DNA of 64,000 nt from Diplonema japonicum (Eukaryota; Protista; Euglenozoa: Diplonemea), in contig OZ025650.1 in the NCBI GenBank assembly GCA_964019335.1, positions 620,001-684,000 of the forward strand, written 5' to 3'. Below, in pieces: positions 47,801 through 60,297 of the stretch (position 1 is its first letter; each line of letters starts with the position of its first letter). The position numbers and the translations under genes were made by a program. The notes beneath the pieces were generated by a model. The model did no database searches. It was not told the origin of the DNA and was given only the letters and a program-made list of their open reading frames with translations.

Positions 47801-50800
47801 GCTGACAGGCAACATCAGAGGCAATGTGAACGATGTCGTGCGGCTTGTAGAAGTGGACCCGGAAGCTGTATCAGATGCTGCTTGCACAGGTAATGTTATT
47901 GCTTCATGGACCGCGGACGAGGGACTCCTTGGAGTGAGGCAACTGAGATTCACAAAAGTCATTCCCCAATACGCCTCGTATCCTGTGTATGGTGTTGTGT
48001 GTTACAAGTATGAGGCGGTACCGTGGGTGTCGGTGCCGCCATATGTAACAGATGTCAGCGATCTCGTGTTGATACAAGCACCCGTCCCTTCAGGGGCGTA
48101 CCTGTTCCCACCACCCGGTCGTGCTAACGTGCTGAACTTGGAGCTTCGTTTAACTGTATCTAATGCAGACAGCATTGGAAATGGTGATTCCGTGTCTTTG
48201 TCATTAAATGGATGTGCTGGGCCCTTCCTATTCTCGTCAATCAACTCGGGGAACTGGGTCACAACCAACGACGAGTCTCACATCCTGATCAGGGATGCGG
48301 TGTCACCTGCCACGGTCAAGGCGTGTTACAGGAATGTCACCATTGATGTTCCTCAAGAAGTCCCCAACGACCTTGTCATCATGACGGCACGCCCTACATC
48401 CTTCGCTGCCGTGCCATCGTCGCCACGGGCTGGACAATACCTTCGCATCGAGTACCTTGATGGTCCATCAGCAACAGATACAGCAGTATTCCCTCGGATC
48501 GGTGACTTGGCAGATGCAGTCACCCTCACAGCGTGCACAGACACCTCCACCACGGGAACCCTCGTGGCAAGCGCGACGGGTGTCTACACTGATATGTTCT
48601 TCAGCCAGCAGGGCATGTACGAAGTGTGCTACCACACAGCAGAAGGTGCCATCTCCAGGGTGCGCAACACGAATGACGAAGCAGTGATCAGAATCAACCC
48701 CCCGAACCCCACAGGATACACTGTAGTGCCTGTGAAGGTATATGCCGGCAACGATGCTCGCGTCTCGTTCCAAGGCACCGGTTTAACTGCGTTGGATGAG
48801 GTCAGGGTCGTGAAAGGAGACTGCTGGACCCCCACCGAAGTGCTCCACAATGCTGTTGTGGAAGGTGTTATGATGACGGAGGCATTCTTCACGCTGCAGA
48901 GGAGGCCTTCTGCAGAGCAGCTTACAATGTGTTACAAGTTAGCATCGGAGTCCGTGTGGAACATGGTTGGTGTGGCAGGAAGCTTCGTGGTTAACGCGCC
49001 CAACCCCAGTGCGTACAGCATCTTTCCCGTGGTGCCAAGGGTCAGGCAGCAGCTTACCATCACAGTGACGGGCTCTGACCTTGTTGATACTGACACGATC
49101 AAGATAGTTCAAAACGGTGAATCATGTGAAGCTAGTGCGGCATTGGGTGTGTTGGAAGCAAACCCTAGTAGCTCTTCGTGGGTGCTGCAAAATAACGGCG
49201 ATGCTTATGCATCTGTGCTAACTACGGGCACTGTGACCGTATGTTACAAGATGACTGCGGCAGGCTCAAACTGGATTGCCATTGGAAACACCGACGGCAC
49301 CTCGAGGCTGGTGATCGAAGCTGCGCACCCCGAAGCCTACACAACAAATCCAACAGAAGTGCTGTTGGGCGAACAATTTATTGTTTCATTCCAGTCTAGC
49401 CTTCCATTCGTTAATGGGGGCGTTGCAAAACTCATTTATGAAGGACAGACGTGCGACACCGCCGCCCTCACAGAGCTGGTCAGCACGGACAGCCAAAATT
49501 TCGACCCCACTTGGTTCGCTGAGTCCACTGACGGTTTCAATCTCACTGTGTGCTATAAGTTGCCGGCAGCCACCTTTGCTGCACTTCCCGATCCCTTAGT
49601 AGTGAAGGATCAACCGGTGCGCTGTAGTATTCTCTCTTCTCCCCTGATGCCCAGCACGCCAGTGATACCAAGGAAGGGAGTGAACGCCTTGGTGGAACTA
49701 ACACTTCAAGACGATGTTGCCAGCTCATTCGTGTATCCGCGTGAGATCAAGTTCGTGGCGTGGTCCAATGAACCCAACTGCGATACAGCAGCAGCAGAGC
49801 CAGTGGTGACCACGCTGAATTCTGACATGTTGACGTGGCAGGCTTATTTTTCTCACTCTGTAGCATCCACCCTTCGTTTATGCTGGAGGGACACGGCCAG
49901 GAACACCTGGGTTGCAGTCTGCTCATCTTGCTCTCAGGGATCGTGCGCGATCAACGTCGCAGAGCCTAATCCGGTGTCTTACACCACTAACCCAACGACG
50001 GTTTTCGCTGGGCAGACGTTCGACATGACTTTCAGTGGCACAGGCCTGAAGGACGGCGATGCTGTGAGCCTGCACACTGCGACAGACGGTTACTCATGCA
50101 GTACCCCCGACGTGCTGCGAGGCAATATTAACTTGTTCTTCACTGTGACTATAAGCAGACAACTCACAGGTAGGTACCACGTGTGCTACGCTGTTTCTGG
50201 TGAGTCTGGATTTGTCCAGATGGCGGAGGTTCTGGTAGTCTCCCCCTTCGTTTCATGTAATGTCAAGCCGTCAAATGAAATGGGATCGACTGTGACAGTA
50301 CAGACAAGAGGCCTCTCGAGGATTTCCCCTGTCCCCCCTGCTGCCCAGTCTGGGTACACTCTCATCTCTACAACTGGTGCAAAGCTTGGCTTCGCTTCCG
50401 ACGCTTCATGTGCGAATCCTACAGTGGTACCCACGGACAACGGTTTCTATGTCCCTTTTACGCCAACAGACGCGCAGGTAGGGGATGATTGGTACGCTTG
50501 TATGGAACCCGCAACTGGTGGGTGGGCCGCGATGTGCAAGGCGGAGATTACACAGGGCCTTCTGCTTGATTCTTGCACGCAACCTGCAATGATTCTCAGT
50601 GGCCAACATGTGACCCTCACTTTTGGACAGATCGGGTCATCAAGGGTAGCAGCTGTAAAGGATGGGACGGTTTGTTCGGCAGCGCCGTCGAGTAGCTTTC
50701 AGGTCACCACAACGGAAGGAGGCGGAGAGATTGCTGTTCTGAGTGAACCACTTACGGAGGGGAGGTACTTCGTGTGCATCCTTGACATCAGTGTTGTCGA

Positions 50801-53800
50801 CACTGTGTATGCAACACAAGGGTGTGCCTTTGAAGTAGACCCATCTGCCCCTGATGCCATTTCCCTGCTGCGCAATTGTGACAATGAGGGGTCTATGGCA
50901 ACAGTGGTGGTCACCTTCCCATCGAACCATCCGAAGAATGTCCTCCCAAGTATCAACGACAAGGCGGCTGTTGTTGCGTCGCCTTCGACGTGCAGTGCTC
51001 CCACCCCAGTTGTCTCCGTGTCATTGGTCACAAACCCGTACAATGCGCAGCTCCCGGCATTGCGTCTTGCGCAAGGTGAGTGGGATGTTTGCTACCAAGT
51101 GGAAAATGGTAGCTGGGCACGCGTCAGCACGTTCGTCATTGGTGCCATGCATCCAAGCAGCTTTAGCGCTACGCCCGACACGCAACGTGCGGGGCAGACA
51201 CTCCAGATGATGTTCATGCCCCCTGGCGGCGAGTTGCTTAGTCCTGGAACGGACAGCGTCGGGTTTTCGAGAGACGCAGTTTGTTCTGCACCTGTTACTT
51301 ACGAAACGGTGAGCGGGACCACGCAGGCGACAGCAATAAATCACATGTTCGATAGCGAAGGTCAATTCTATGCGTGCTACAGGGTAGGGAACTGCCCTGC
51401 GGTGTCGCTGCCAGTAACTATTGCACCATTCCATCCTTCAGGATGCTCTGTGCCTGCAAAGCTCCGTGCAGGAACGACGTTCACGCTGGGAGTGTCTGGA
51501 CAACAGGGATTTATGTCCACAGATGTAGTGAAATTTGTGGGGAGTACGAGACTATGTACCGATGAGGAACCGCCTGCTGCAGGCACCACAGAACTCGCAG
51601 TGCAGCTGATGAGCTCTGGTGCAGAGGTCTTTGTACCGTTCTTCGAGAACGCGAACCCCCCTTCAGAGCAGACGTATAAAGTGTGCTACAAGCTGACGGG
51701 GGAAAGCTACGCGCAGATCAACGGGGCCTGTGAGGCTACGATATTACCCAGGAACCCGATTGCATTCGTTACAGAACCCACACTGCCCATCTCACGCATG
51801 GCATTCAACATCAGCTTCAAAGGCGACACACTGCTGCAGGGTGATAGGACCCATATCACCACGGCTGCCTGTTCAGCGCTGGGTACGACAGACGGCGTTG
51901 GTGTCGAGATAGTCAGCCTCACTGACTCATGGACAAACAGCATCCTGATTTACGAGCCATCCACAGAACACAACGTCTGCTACTACTCCGCAGACGCAGC
52001 GTCCTGGGCCACCATGCTCGAAACAATCACCTTTGCTCCATCTAACCCCATGAACTTCACAATGGTGCCTAGCGGGTACCCATCCCCCTTGTCGGGCGTC
52101 ATCTTCGGCTTACACTTCAACCGTGCTTACGACCTGCAGGGCACCATGTACGGCGCCCTATCCGCCACCGATGTGCTGTACCTGCAGTCAGAGGTTGGTG
52201 AAAAGCATGAGTTCCTCCCCAGCAGGATTGAGAGCAGTGGCAGTGTGGCTGTGTTCGAAATATCCCTCAAAAATGAAACCTACACCCTGCAGTACATCCG
52301 GTACAGGAATGAGCCGCATCTTACCGAAGAAGTCATCCACTTCGAAACTATGCTCGTGTATAAGAACCCATACGGCTTCACTTTGCAGAAGGCAGCCGAT
52401 GCCAGAGTGCAGCAAAGACTTACACTCGTAATGTCTGGTCGGGGACTAGTGCCCCCTGTAGAAGGGGTACTGGACACACCAACAGAGACAGACATCAGGA
52501 ACGCTGACAAAATCCGCGTGCTACCCGTGGACACTGCCATGACCAATGATGAGCTGTGCAACGCGAACTTGTCGACGTTGTCATTTGTGTCACCCCTGTA
52601 CGCTGCCTCGAATGGCGCTTCAAAGATTGATATCATGTTCAGCAAGCCTGCTGACTACACAGTGTGCTACTCCAGGAGGAACACGGGGTCGTGGAGTTCC
52701 GTTCCCCTTCTGGCTACGGGTTGCACAGGCACGTGTCCCATTGTTCCTGACACACCTCTTTCCGTGGATGAGGCTGTATCCCCACCGTGGGCCTCGGTAA
52801 AGGGCACGGACGTCGCGACCCTTGAGGACTTGCCCGTTCAGGTGACGTATGCCAATGACCCCCGTTGGAGTGCTGGAGACGTGGTTGTAACTATAGACGC
52901 TGCTGACAACTGCGGGCCAGGTACAACAACGATAGAGGGTGGAAACGCAACGCTGGCACCAAGTCTGGATAGCCCTACCGCTACCTTCGGTGTGCGCATC
53001 AACGTGACTGGTACTTACAAATTCTGTTACTTTTCACCACTTGTTGCGCCATCAGGCGAATGGACGGAGCTTCTCCCTGACTTCACGGTTACACAAGAGG
53101 CGCCCAATGGTTTTGACATATCGCCTTTCCCACGTGCGGGTGGTACCTCTATCACCATCCAGCTGACAAACGATGGCGAGGCATGGCAGTTCACAAGCGA
53201 GGCACGGGCCGCTATCCTGGCAGCCCCCTTGTTCGGTGTCGTGGCAGGCAATGACCCCAACCTGTGCACAGGCACAGTGGGTATCCCCGACTGGGTTACG
53301 ATGTTGGAGCAGACGTCGGGCGTGTACCGGTTCAGCCTGTCGGGCAACAAGACAGGCGGTTGGGTCAGCTTCTGTATCACACCCAGCCCGTGCCCTTCTA
53401 TGGCAGAGTGCACTAGATTCCTTGGTGCAGCCCAGCTGGAACCCGTGGGGATGACTGGGTTCACCTACAACAATGTCACGTCGACTCTTTCGGTGCACGG
53501 CGAAGGCCTTTCGACAGGCGACAGGGTCAGCACAGGTGAAGTAGGCAAGGGGTCTTGTGTGGCAGGAGATCTTGTCCCGCTAACAAGCAGCTACATCGCA
53601 GATACTCCAAACATGGTGTCAGACGATGGGAGGCTTGCGAAGTTCCCAGCTGTGCTGAGCCCCGCTGACTCTATCCAAGTGTGCTACAAAATGGCAGACC
53701 AGACGACAGCTGCACCAGTAACGAACGTAGATACGGGGAATAATGTGTTGGCAGGCCCTGTGGCTGCCTCTGTAGACCGCACTGAGTGCACAGGGTCTGT

Positions 53801-55239
53801 CACCACTTACATCAACGGGACAAGCACGGGACAGTTCGCAGTTAGGCATCTGGACGCAGCCGGAGGGCTCATGGGAATCACAGGAACTGCGCTCAACATC
53901 ATTGTAAGCGAGCAGCCGGTAGACGCGTCGGTGACGTGGGGCGACCCGCAGTGGAATGCTGACTTCTCCGTCGTCACCATTTTCAATATCCAAGTTGACG
54001 TGGTGGGGAAGTACACTTTGAAAGCAGTCTCCACAATCCCAAGCACCTCAGGCGCCAGCAAGATGCTGGAATCTACTTGCGAAAGTTTCTTAGGGCTGGT
54101 GACCGATGTTACTGCGCCGAAAACTGCGGAACCAACTGCGACACCCACCGCGCAGCCGACAGCAAACCCTGCACCCACACCCGTTCCTACTGTCGCAGTG
54201 TCAGACGATGACTGTTCGGGGAATGACATCTGTGCGATCCACTTCATCATTATCGGTTGTGTCATAGTATTCGGGATAGCTGTGGCCTTGGCGGCAGTGT
54301 TCTTGGCACGTTCTTCAAGCCAACCAGACGTCACGATGCCCGCTGTGTCGCTACCGTCGCTCCGTCCTCCGTACTGGGAGAAGACAGGGTCGCAGTACCC
54401 ATCAGCGGACTTCAAGCATATCACACCCTCGCAGCACGACGTGGAGATGGGGAAGCTGGGACCCTCGCCAATGCGGCAGTCGTCGATGCACCCATCGTCA
54501 ATGCACCCATCGTCGATGCACCCTTCAATGGGGATGGTGGGGAAGGCCGACTCTGGGGTATACTCTGCGTCAGAGCCGATTCCTTTGCCTGCAGAACACA
54601 CACGATTGCCAGGTGCGAGAAGTCCTGAATTAACGCCACCTCCTAGACAGCTGAGAGATATTTCACCGGAGTATTCTGAAGAAGAAGGTGAAGAGGACAC
54701 CATTGGGCAGGGGCTGGACACACCTGTCGTGATGAGCTCCACACCGAAGATGAGCGTTCAGAAGCGCAGTGTGCCTGAAGAAGAAAAACAGAAGGATGCC
54801 AGCGAGCAAAAGGCAGAGGGGATGGAAATGTCCTTGAGCGAGAGCGATATGTCACGAAGCGAGAGGAAGCAGAAGAAGCATAAAAAATCGAAGAAAAGCA
54901 AAAAGGAGAAAAAGGAGAAGAAATCCAAAAAGAAAAAGTCGAAAGAGCTGCACTTTGACTCAGACACCGAAGACACGTTGCCTACCCAGCAATCGTCTGC
55001 TAGGAAGCAACCTTCTCCTCTTCTTGCAGCACCGTCGCCTTTAGTTCCTCAAGACTCTGTTAGAAAGACACATGATAAAGCGTTCCAGCCAACTGAACAG
55101 CCTTCCGAGAAAGTGAGAAGTTGTAAACACGCAAGTGAGTATGTGTCAGGGGAGAATGAAGAAGAGGGAAAAAAAAAAAAAAAAAAAAAACTAAAACAGT
55201 ATCCGTAATTGTGACAAGTGCATGCTTCCCCGTGAGTGA
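38862..55239 (+). CDS. Giant type I membrane protein (~5438 aa): signal peptide, ~45 Cys-containing ~110-aa repeats, one LamG/ConA-like domain, PT-rich stalk, TM helix, cytosolic tail; exons 38862-55138, 55200-55239
   Basis: Signal MNGTRCLLVVLQLLLLSINPAEG; recurring G.Y.VCYK...W motif; LamG signature TLTLWAY...GEWGFI...FTGKADDVRLYAARLS (~43730-44115); TM at 54231-54308. Intron 55139-55199 converts a poly-K artefact into ...CKHASDIRNCDKCMLPRE*. Confidence 0.92.
54480..54530 (+). repeat. Coding 15-nt tandem repeat (SSMHP x3) in the giant protein's tail
   Basis: tcgtcgatgcaccca tcgtcaatgcaccca tcgtcgatgcaccct. Confidence 0.9.
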
Positions 55240-55674
55240 GAGGAAGATTTTTTGAAACTTTTTTTTTCTTCACCTGCGTCTTAGGCTTTTTTTGGAAAAA
55301 CGCAATCACATTTAGAAATTAAAAAAAAAAAAAAAATAGTCGGAGTATTCAGTCCTTTTTCTCTTTTTTTTTTTCTTCTCCATCTTTCATTTTTTTTTTA
55401 AAAGTCCTCGTCATTCTCCATTTGAGGGAATTTCTTCTTCAGGGAGAAGAGGGAGGAAAAAAAAAAAACGATTAAAATTAGTTTTTTTTTTCTTGTCACA
55501 CTCAGTTTTTTTATTTCTTCCTGATGATATCGATAGATTTCTTTTTTTTTTTTCTTTTTATACTTGTCAGCACCGACTCTCTTTCGCTGGTTCTTTTTTA
55601 CCCTTTTGTCAAGCGTCTTAGTCTATTTTTTTCTTTTTTGCAGTGGATATGAAACAAAGAAAAGAAAAAGATAC

Positions 55675-55707
<33 letters not shown>

Positions 55708-56117
55708 AAAGGGCGAAAACGGAAAATTGAGAATGAAACAAAAGAACCCGAACTGGAGAGCAGTTCTTTTTAGAGAAAAAAAATTATAGAAAAAGAAAAA
55801 AAAAAATCCCATCTGTTTTTTACCTATGTTATTTCCCCTCTCCCTTACCTTCCCCTCTGGGATGAAAATCACCGCCATCCGTCCTTTCTGTTTTCTTTTT
55901 TTTTTTCTTTTTTTTTTTTACTCGGGGCCCCTTTATCTGGTTATGTGTGTGTATACTCCTATAGGGGAGAAAAAAAAAGAAGGAAACAAACGAGTCCCCT
56001 CCCCCCCAAAAAAAAGACACCCTCCCCATTGCAATTATTTCGCATCCGTGAAAAACAAAAAAAACAACAACAACAACAACAGAAAAAGGGGAGAGGAGGG
56101 GCAAAATAAGAGAAATA

Positions 56118-58010
56118 ATGACAACCCAACACCAACCCCCAACTGAGGTTATAAAACAGCTTATCGAGCGAAGCTTGGAATTGTTCCTTTACGAGGATGC
56201 GAAATTCTACGCGGAAATGCTTCACACTGTCAAAGGAGATCTGGGGTCGTTGTTGGAGCTTGGGAATGTGACGATGAAAATAGGGGACATGGGAGGCTGT
56301 GTCAGGCTCCTTAGACATTACTATCCGTTCCAGGAACATTTTCAAGTAAGGGCAAAAAATGATCAAGGGCTTGTCAAACTGCAATACCTCTACGGTGTTT
56401 GCTTAGTACACACGCATAGGTACCAAGAAGCTGAGACAGTGTTCAAGAGCATCAGAGACCCAACTTCTTACCAACACCAAGCTGGCATCGCGCACTGGCT
56501 GGGTCATATAAAAAGGTTTACCTGCAGAGAGACGCACGCCTTGGAATCATTTGCTAAATGCATTCACATGAACCCGTTCAGCTGGTCGGCTATCGAGGGA
56601 CTGGTGGAGTGTAGCGGGAAGGTGAACACAATGGGTGTTTTGGAACCTGTTTTGTCTCCTGAAAAATGCGACGAATACACAGAGCTGTACTTCAGCAACG
56701 TTAAGATAGAAGCGAAGGAAGGGCAGCACGACGAAGGGACTGCTGAGGCACCGAGCACACCGACAAACGCAACCATTACACCAAAAAAATTAAAAAAAAC
56801 CCCTACAACGGCACCATCAAAGATCAACTCTGGGAGGAAGGCCGTAGGGAAACCAATCTCGACACCTCAGAAGCAGCCTGCGGCGATAGGAGGCGGAGTG
56901 GTGGAGCAGACACGTACTCTTCTGTTCTTGTTGCACAAACACGCGTCTCTGCTTGTTGCTTGCAGTTCTTACAATTTCAACGAAACGCTGACGCTCATCA
57001 ACGACTTCCCTGCTCCCTTCCGCCACACCGGTTACATCCAAGGCCTTCTCGCAAAAGCCTTTTACGATGAAGGGTTGTACACCGAATCCTGCAACGCCTT
57101 CGAAACACTCAGAAGAATGGAGCCACACCGCCTGGACCCGAAGCTCATGTACTACTCTTCATGTCTCTGGCAATTGCAGAGGGACAAGCAGCTTGCACAC
57201 CTTTCCCAGGAGCTCATCCAGATGGATAAGCTGTCTGTTGTGACGCAAGTCGTTCTTGGGAACACGCACTCCGTGGTCGGGGAACATGATGGCGCCATCC
57301 AATTCTTGCAGAGAGCGTGCAACATAGACAAGTACCATGTTTATGCCTCAGCGTTGAAGGGCATGGAGCACCTTGTGCTGGAGGAGCTCGACGATGCTGT
57401 GCAGGTATCCTTTTCTTTCTTTTTTTGTTTGAAGCAATCCTACCAATCCCTAAGGCCTTCCGAGCGGCAATCCGATTAGACCCACGGCAATACACCGCAT
57501 GGCATGGCTTGGGGAGTGTAGCTGCGAAGCAGGAGAAATGGAAGGAAGCGGCGGAGCATTTCAAGAGAGCTTGTACCATCAACCCGAACCCCCCTTTGCT
57601 GCTGGCTTATGCTAACGTGTTGATGGTATGTCGGTTGCTTTATTTTTTTGTTTATCTTTTTATAACAGGAAGAGAGCACACCCAGCTGTACCGAGCTTGC
57701 CCTGAACAACATAAACCGTGTTTTGGTACACCAACCCAACCACTCTCTTGCGCGGCTCCGCAAAGGTGAAGCGTTGCTCCGCATCAACCGTCTCCCCGAG
57801 GCGAAGGAAATCGCTCTGAGCCTCCTCGAGACCTCTCCGAAGGAGGCCAAGGTGAATCTTCTCCTAGGCAGGGTGTACCGCCGTCTGGGGGACAAGATCA
57901 AAGCACTGCAATATTTCAATTTCGCACTAGGGCTGGACCCTAAGGACACACCTGGTGTACGGTACGAGGTCGACAAGTACCACGACGAACTGGACTCGGG
58001 TGAGGAGTAG
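56118..58010 (+). CDS. CDC27: Anaphase-promoting complex subunit CDC27/APC3; exons 56118-57404, 57455-57625, 57669-58010; 599 aa
   Basis: LYEDAKFYAE, NPFSWSAIEGL, MEPHRL..MYYSSCLWQL, LDPRQYTAWHGLG, ALQYFNFALGLDPK TPR array. Introns 57405-57454 and 57626-57668. Confidence 0.88.
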
Positions 58011-58250
58011 AGTTTGTTTTTATTTTTTATTTTTTATTTTTTTTAATGTAGAGAAAGCTTTCTTATTTATTCCCCTCCCCCTTTGCCCGATAGATTTACC
58101 TTTTTCTTTATTTTTCCTCCTTTTATTGTGTTCTGGAAAACGCTCACCTCCCCCTCTTGAGACATACAAAAAAAACAATAAACAATCAGGGAAGGGAAGG
58201 GAAGGGACGGGAGTGGCGGAAACCACCCCCACCCCATAAAGTGGTATACC

Positions 58251-58753
58251 ATGTCTGCTAGAGCTACCTTGGAATATTATCAGAAGCTGGATGCTGAACT
58301 GGGGGTGATTCTGGAAAAATTGGACACAATGGAGGAAGGGGAACAAGATGGCGTGGATAGTGCGGAGGACCCTTCGGTGCGGTCCTTGTCGCTCTCGCCT
58401 TTCTCCCCTCTGTCCAGGGAGAGGAGAGTGGTGGAGAAGCAGCGCGAGACATCTGTCTCACCGCTTACCGTAAACGATCAAAGCATCCGGTCGAGAAAGC
58501 CATTTAGAGAAAGGAAGGTTTCCTCGCTGCCTTCAGTTGCATGTCTAGGGCTGCCCGTGGGGCAAGCCAACCCACCAAAAATTGTCCACTGCAAGCAGAC
58601 AAATGCCTGGGTATGCATTTTTGTTTTTTTTCGTTTGACACTCAACAGAGCTATAAGCCCGAGAAAAAAACTGACCCGTGGTGGCGGAACGGGAACGAAC
58701 TTGCCCTTCGAGAGCAACCTCGGCTCAGAGACAGAACGAACTTACAGTTCTGA
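58251..58753 (+). CDS. Hypothetical protein; exons 58251-58610, 58649-58753; 154 aa
   Basis: GTATG...CAG intron 58611-58648 joins two complex-sequence ORF segments in frame. Confidence 0.65.
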
Positions 58754-59042
58754 CGAGGGGAGGGGGAAAAAAAAAATCCATGATTAGTTAATTCTGATTC
58801 AGTAAGGGCTTCTTTTTTTTTGTATGTTTATTAACCACTCCTTTCCCATGCGACCCTTCCTTTTCTCTCGTACTTTAGATCTTTTATTCTTTACCCCCCC
58901 CCCCCTGATTCTTGTTTAGTATGACAAAATATCTCTTCCGAACGGGCTTGTCAACTCAATTTATTCTTCCTCTTTTCGTTTTATTTCCCCCCACCCGCCC
59001 GAATCAATAGTGTGGAGGAGACAAAAAAAAAAAGAAAACAAA

Positions 59043-59948
59043 ATGCGTGCGACAAGAAGGATGCTACGCGAGGCGCTCACAGGACAGATCGTCGAGACGA
59101 CAAGTAAGGAGATGCTGCTGACACTGTTAGAGGGGAAGAAAAACCTAAGCAAAATGGAATACGTAGCAGCAGTGAACCAATGCGGCGTGTTCGGCGACAG
59201 GGAATGCTTGAGAACCGTGGTCACCACATGGGGACTGGCGTCCATGGACAACAACATGTACAAGAGCATGCTGCGCAGCTCCGTGCAGTGCGGGGACATG
59301 CAAGAGGCAAAACAATATTTCACTTGTGTAGAAAACCCTAACGGTGCCGATTACGGGGCTGCAATGATGGCAGCAGCTGGGCTGGGGGACGCACAATGGG
59401 GGGACAGTCTTATGAAGAGCTTACATGAACGGTTTTCGCTGTACAATGAAACAGAAGATGATGCATCATCAACTGAAGTTCTTTTTAGACATTACCTTGC
59501 GTGCCATCTTCGGGGAAGGTCTTCAAAGCGTAAGTTGGATTCGATTTTCGACCTCGCACTGCAGAAGGGAGTCGTTCTCATGCCTGATGCGCTCACAATG
59601 CTGCTCTTTGCGTCGACTTCTGTTTCTCATTTGAAATTTATCTGGACACGTTTCCCCCTTCCTCTCTCTTCGCGTTGCGAACACCACTTCTCCACCTACA
59701 GCTGGGAGCTCCTCACCAACGGCTCCCCATCAGCTTGTATCTCGCACTACCTCACCGTCCCCTCTTCACTGAGAAACATCCCTTTGCACTGCAGCGTGGT
59801 TGAAGCCGGGCTGACGTTGCTATTCGCGGGCAAGGACAAGACAGATATCGACATGCCAACTATCATCGAGGCACTCAAGGCCGCGGAACAATCCGAGGAA
59901 GGGGTCTCTGAGGAGTGGGCAAGAGTCGCAAGGGAGCGGTTCTTGTAG
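59043..59948 (+). CDS. Hypothetical helical-repeat (degenerate PPR-like) protein, possibly mitochondrial; 3' end uncertain
   Basis: MRATRRMLR N-terminus; PPR-like units NMYKSMLRSSVQCGDMQEAKQYF and ADYGAAMMAAAGLGDAQWGDSLM. Coding-like sequence continues to ~60113, so a terminal intron is possible. Confidence 0.65.
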   Translation: MRATRRMLREALTGQIVETTSKEMLLTLLEGKKNLSKMEYVAAVNQCGVFGDRECLRTVVTTWGLASMDNNMYKSMLRSSVQCGDMQEAKQYFTCVENPNGADYGAAMMAAAGLGDAQWGDSLMKSLHERFSLYNETEDDASSTEVLFRHYLACHLRGRSSKRKLDSIFDLALQKGVVLMPDALTMLLFASTSVSHLKFIWTRFPLPLSSRCEHHFSTYSWELLTNGSPSACISHYLTVPSSLRNIPLHCSVVEAGLTLLFAGKDKTDIDMPTIIEALKAAEQSEEGVSEEWARVARERFL

Positions 59949-60297
59949 AATATTTCTTCTTTTTTTTCATATGGGGAGCGGCTTACGCACTCTTTAGTTT
60001 CTTGAACAGTCACGAACACATCCTCAACTCGCTGGTTTCACGCCCAAGCTGCTGAAAAGATACTACGACGGGCCTAAGGCACTACCACGACAGAAGGGAT
60101 CAAACACTAGATGAGTTGATTGTCGTTAGGCGATCCTGTCACATACTGCAGGTTCCCTTCAAAGACACCTTTTCTTATTTCATATCTCGCCCCGCTGAGG
60201 GGAATATAGAACAAAAAAAAAAAAAAAAAAAAAAAAACACAAAGAGAAATTGTATTTTTATAAAGAAAGCGACACATAAAAAAAGAATACGAGAAAA

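Larger units (their letters stand above)
427..58648 (+). other. Set of 21 short GT-AG spliceosomal introns (32-64 nt)
   Basis: 427-461, 553-588, 801-834, 5940-5971, 6032-6067, 10408-10442, 10579-10618, 12197-12234, 12323-12355, 15862-15901, 25779-25818, 26738-26773, 32948-32986, 33500-33543, 35411-35467, 35577-35614, 35704-35767, 55139-55199, 57405-57454, 57626-57668, 58611-58648. Donors: 16 GTATG, 3 GTGTG, 1 GTATA, 1 GTATC. Confidence 0.88.

Noticed and set aside
23-58753. Stop-codon reassignment, frameshifting or non-canonical (euglenid-type) introns as an explanation for split ORFs
   Set aside because: The breaks in recognisable genes are resolved by canonical GT-AG introns with exon sums divisible by three.
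59939-60113. Extra 3' exon for the PPR-like gene
   Set aside because: No consensus donor in the phase needed for the most coding-like frame; left unresolved.
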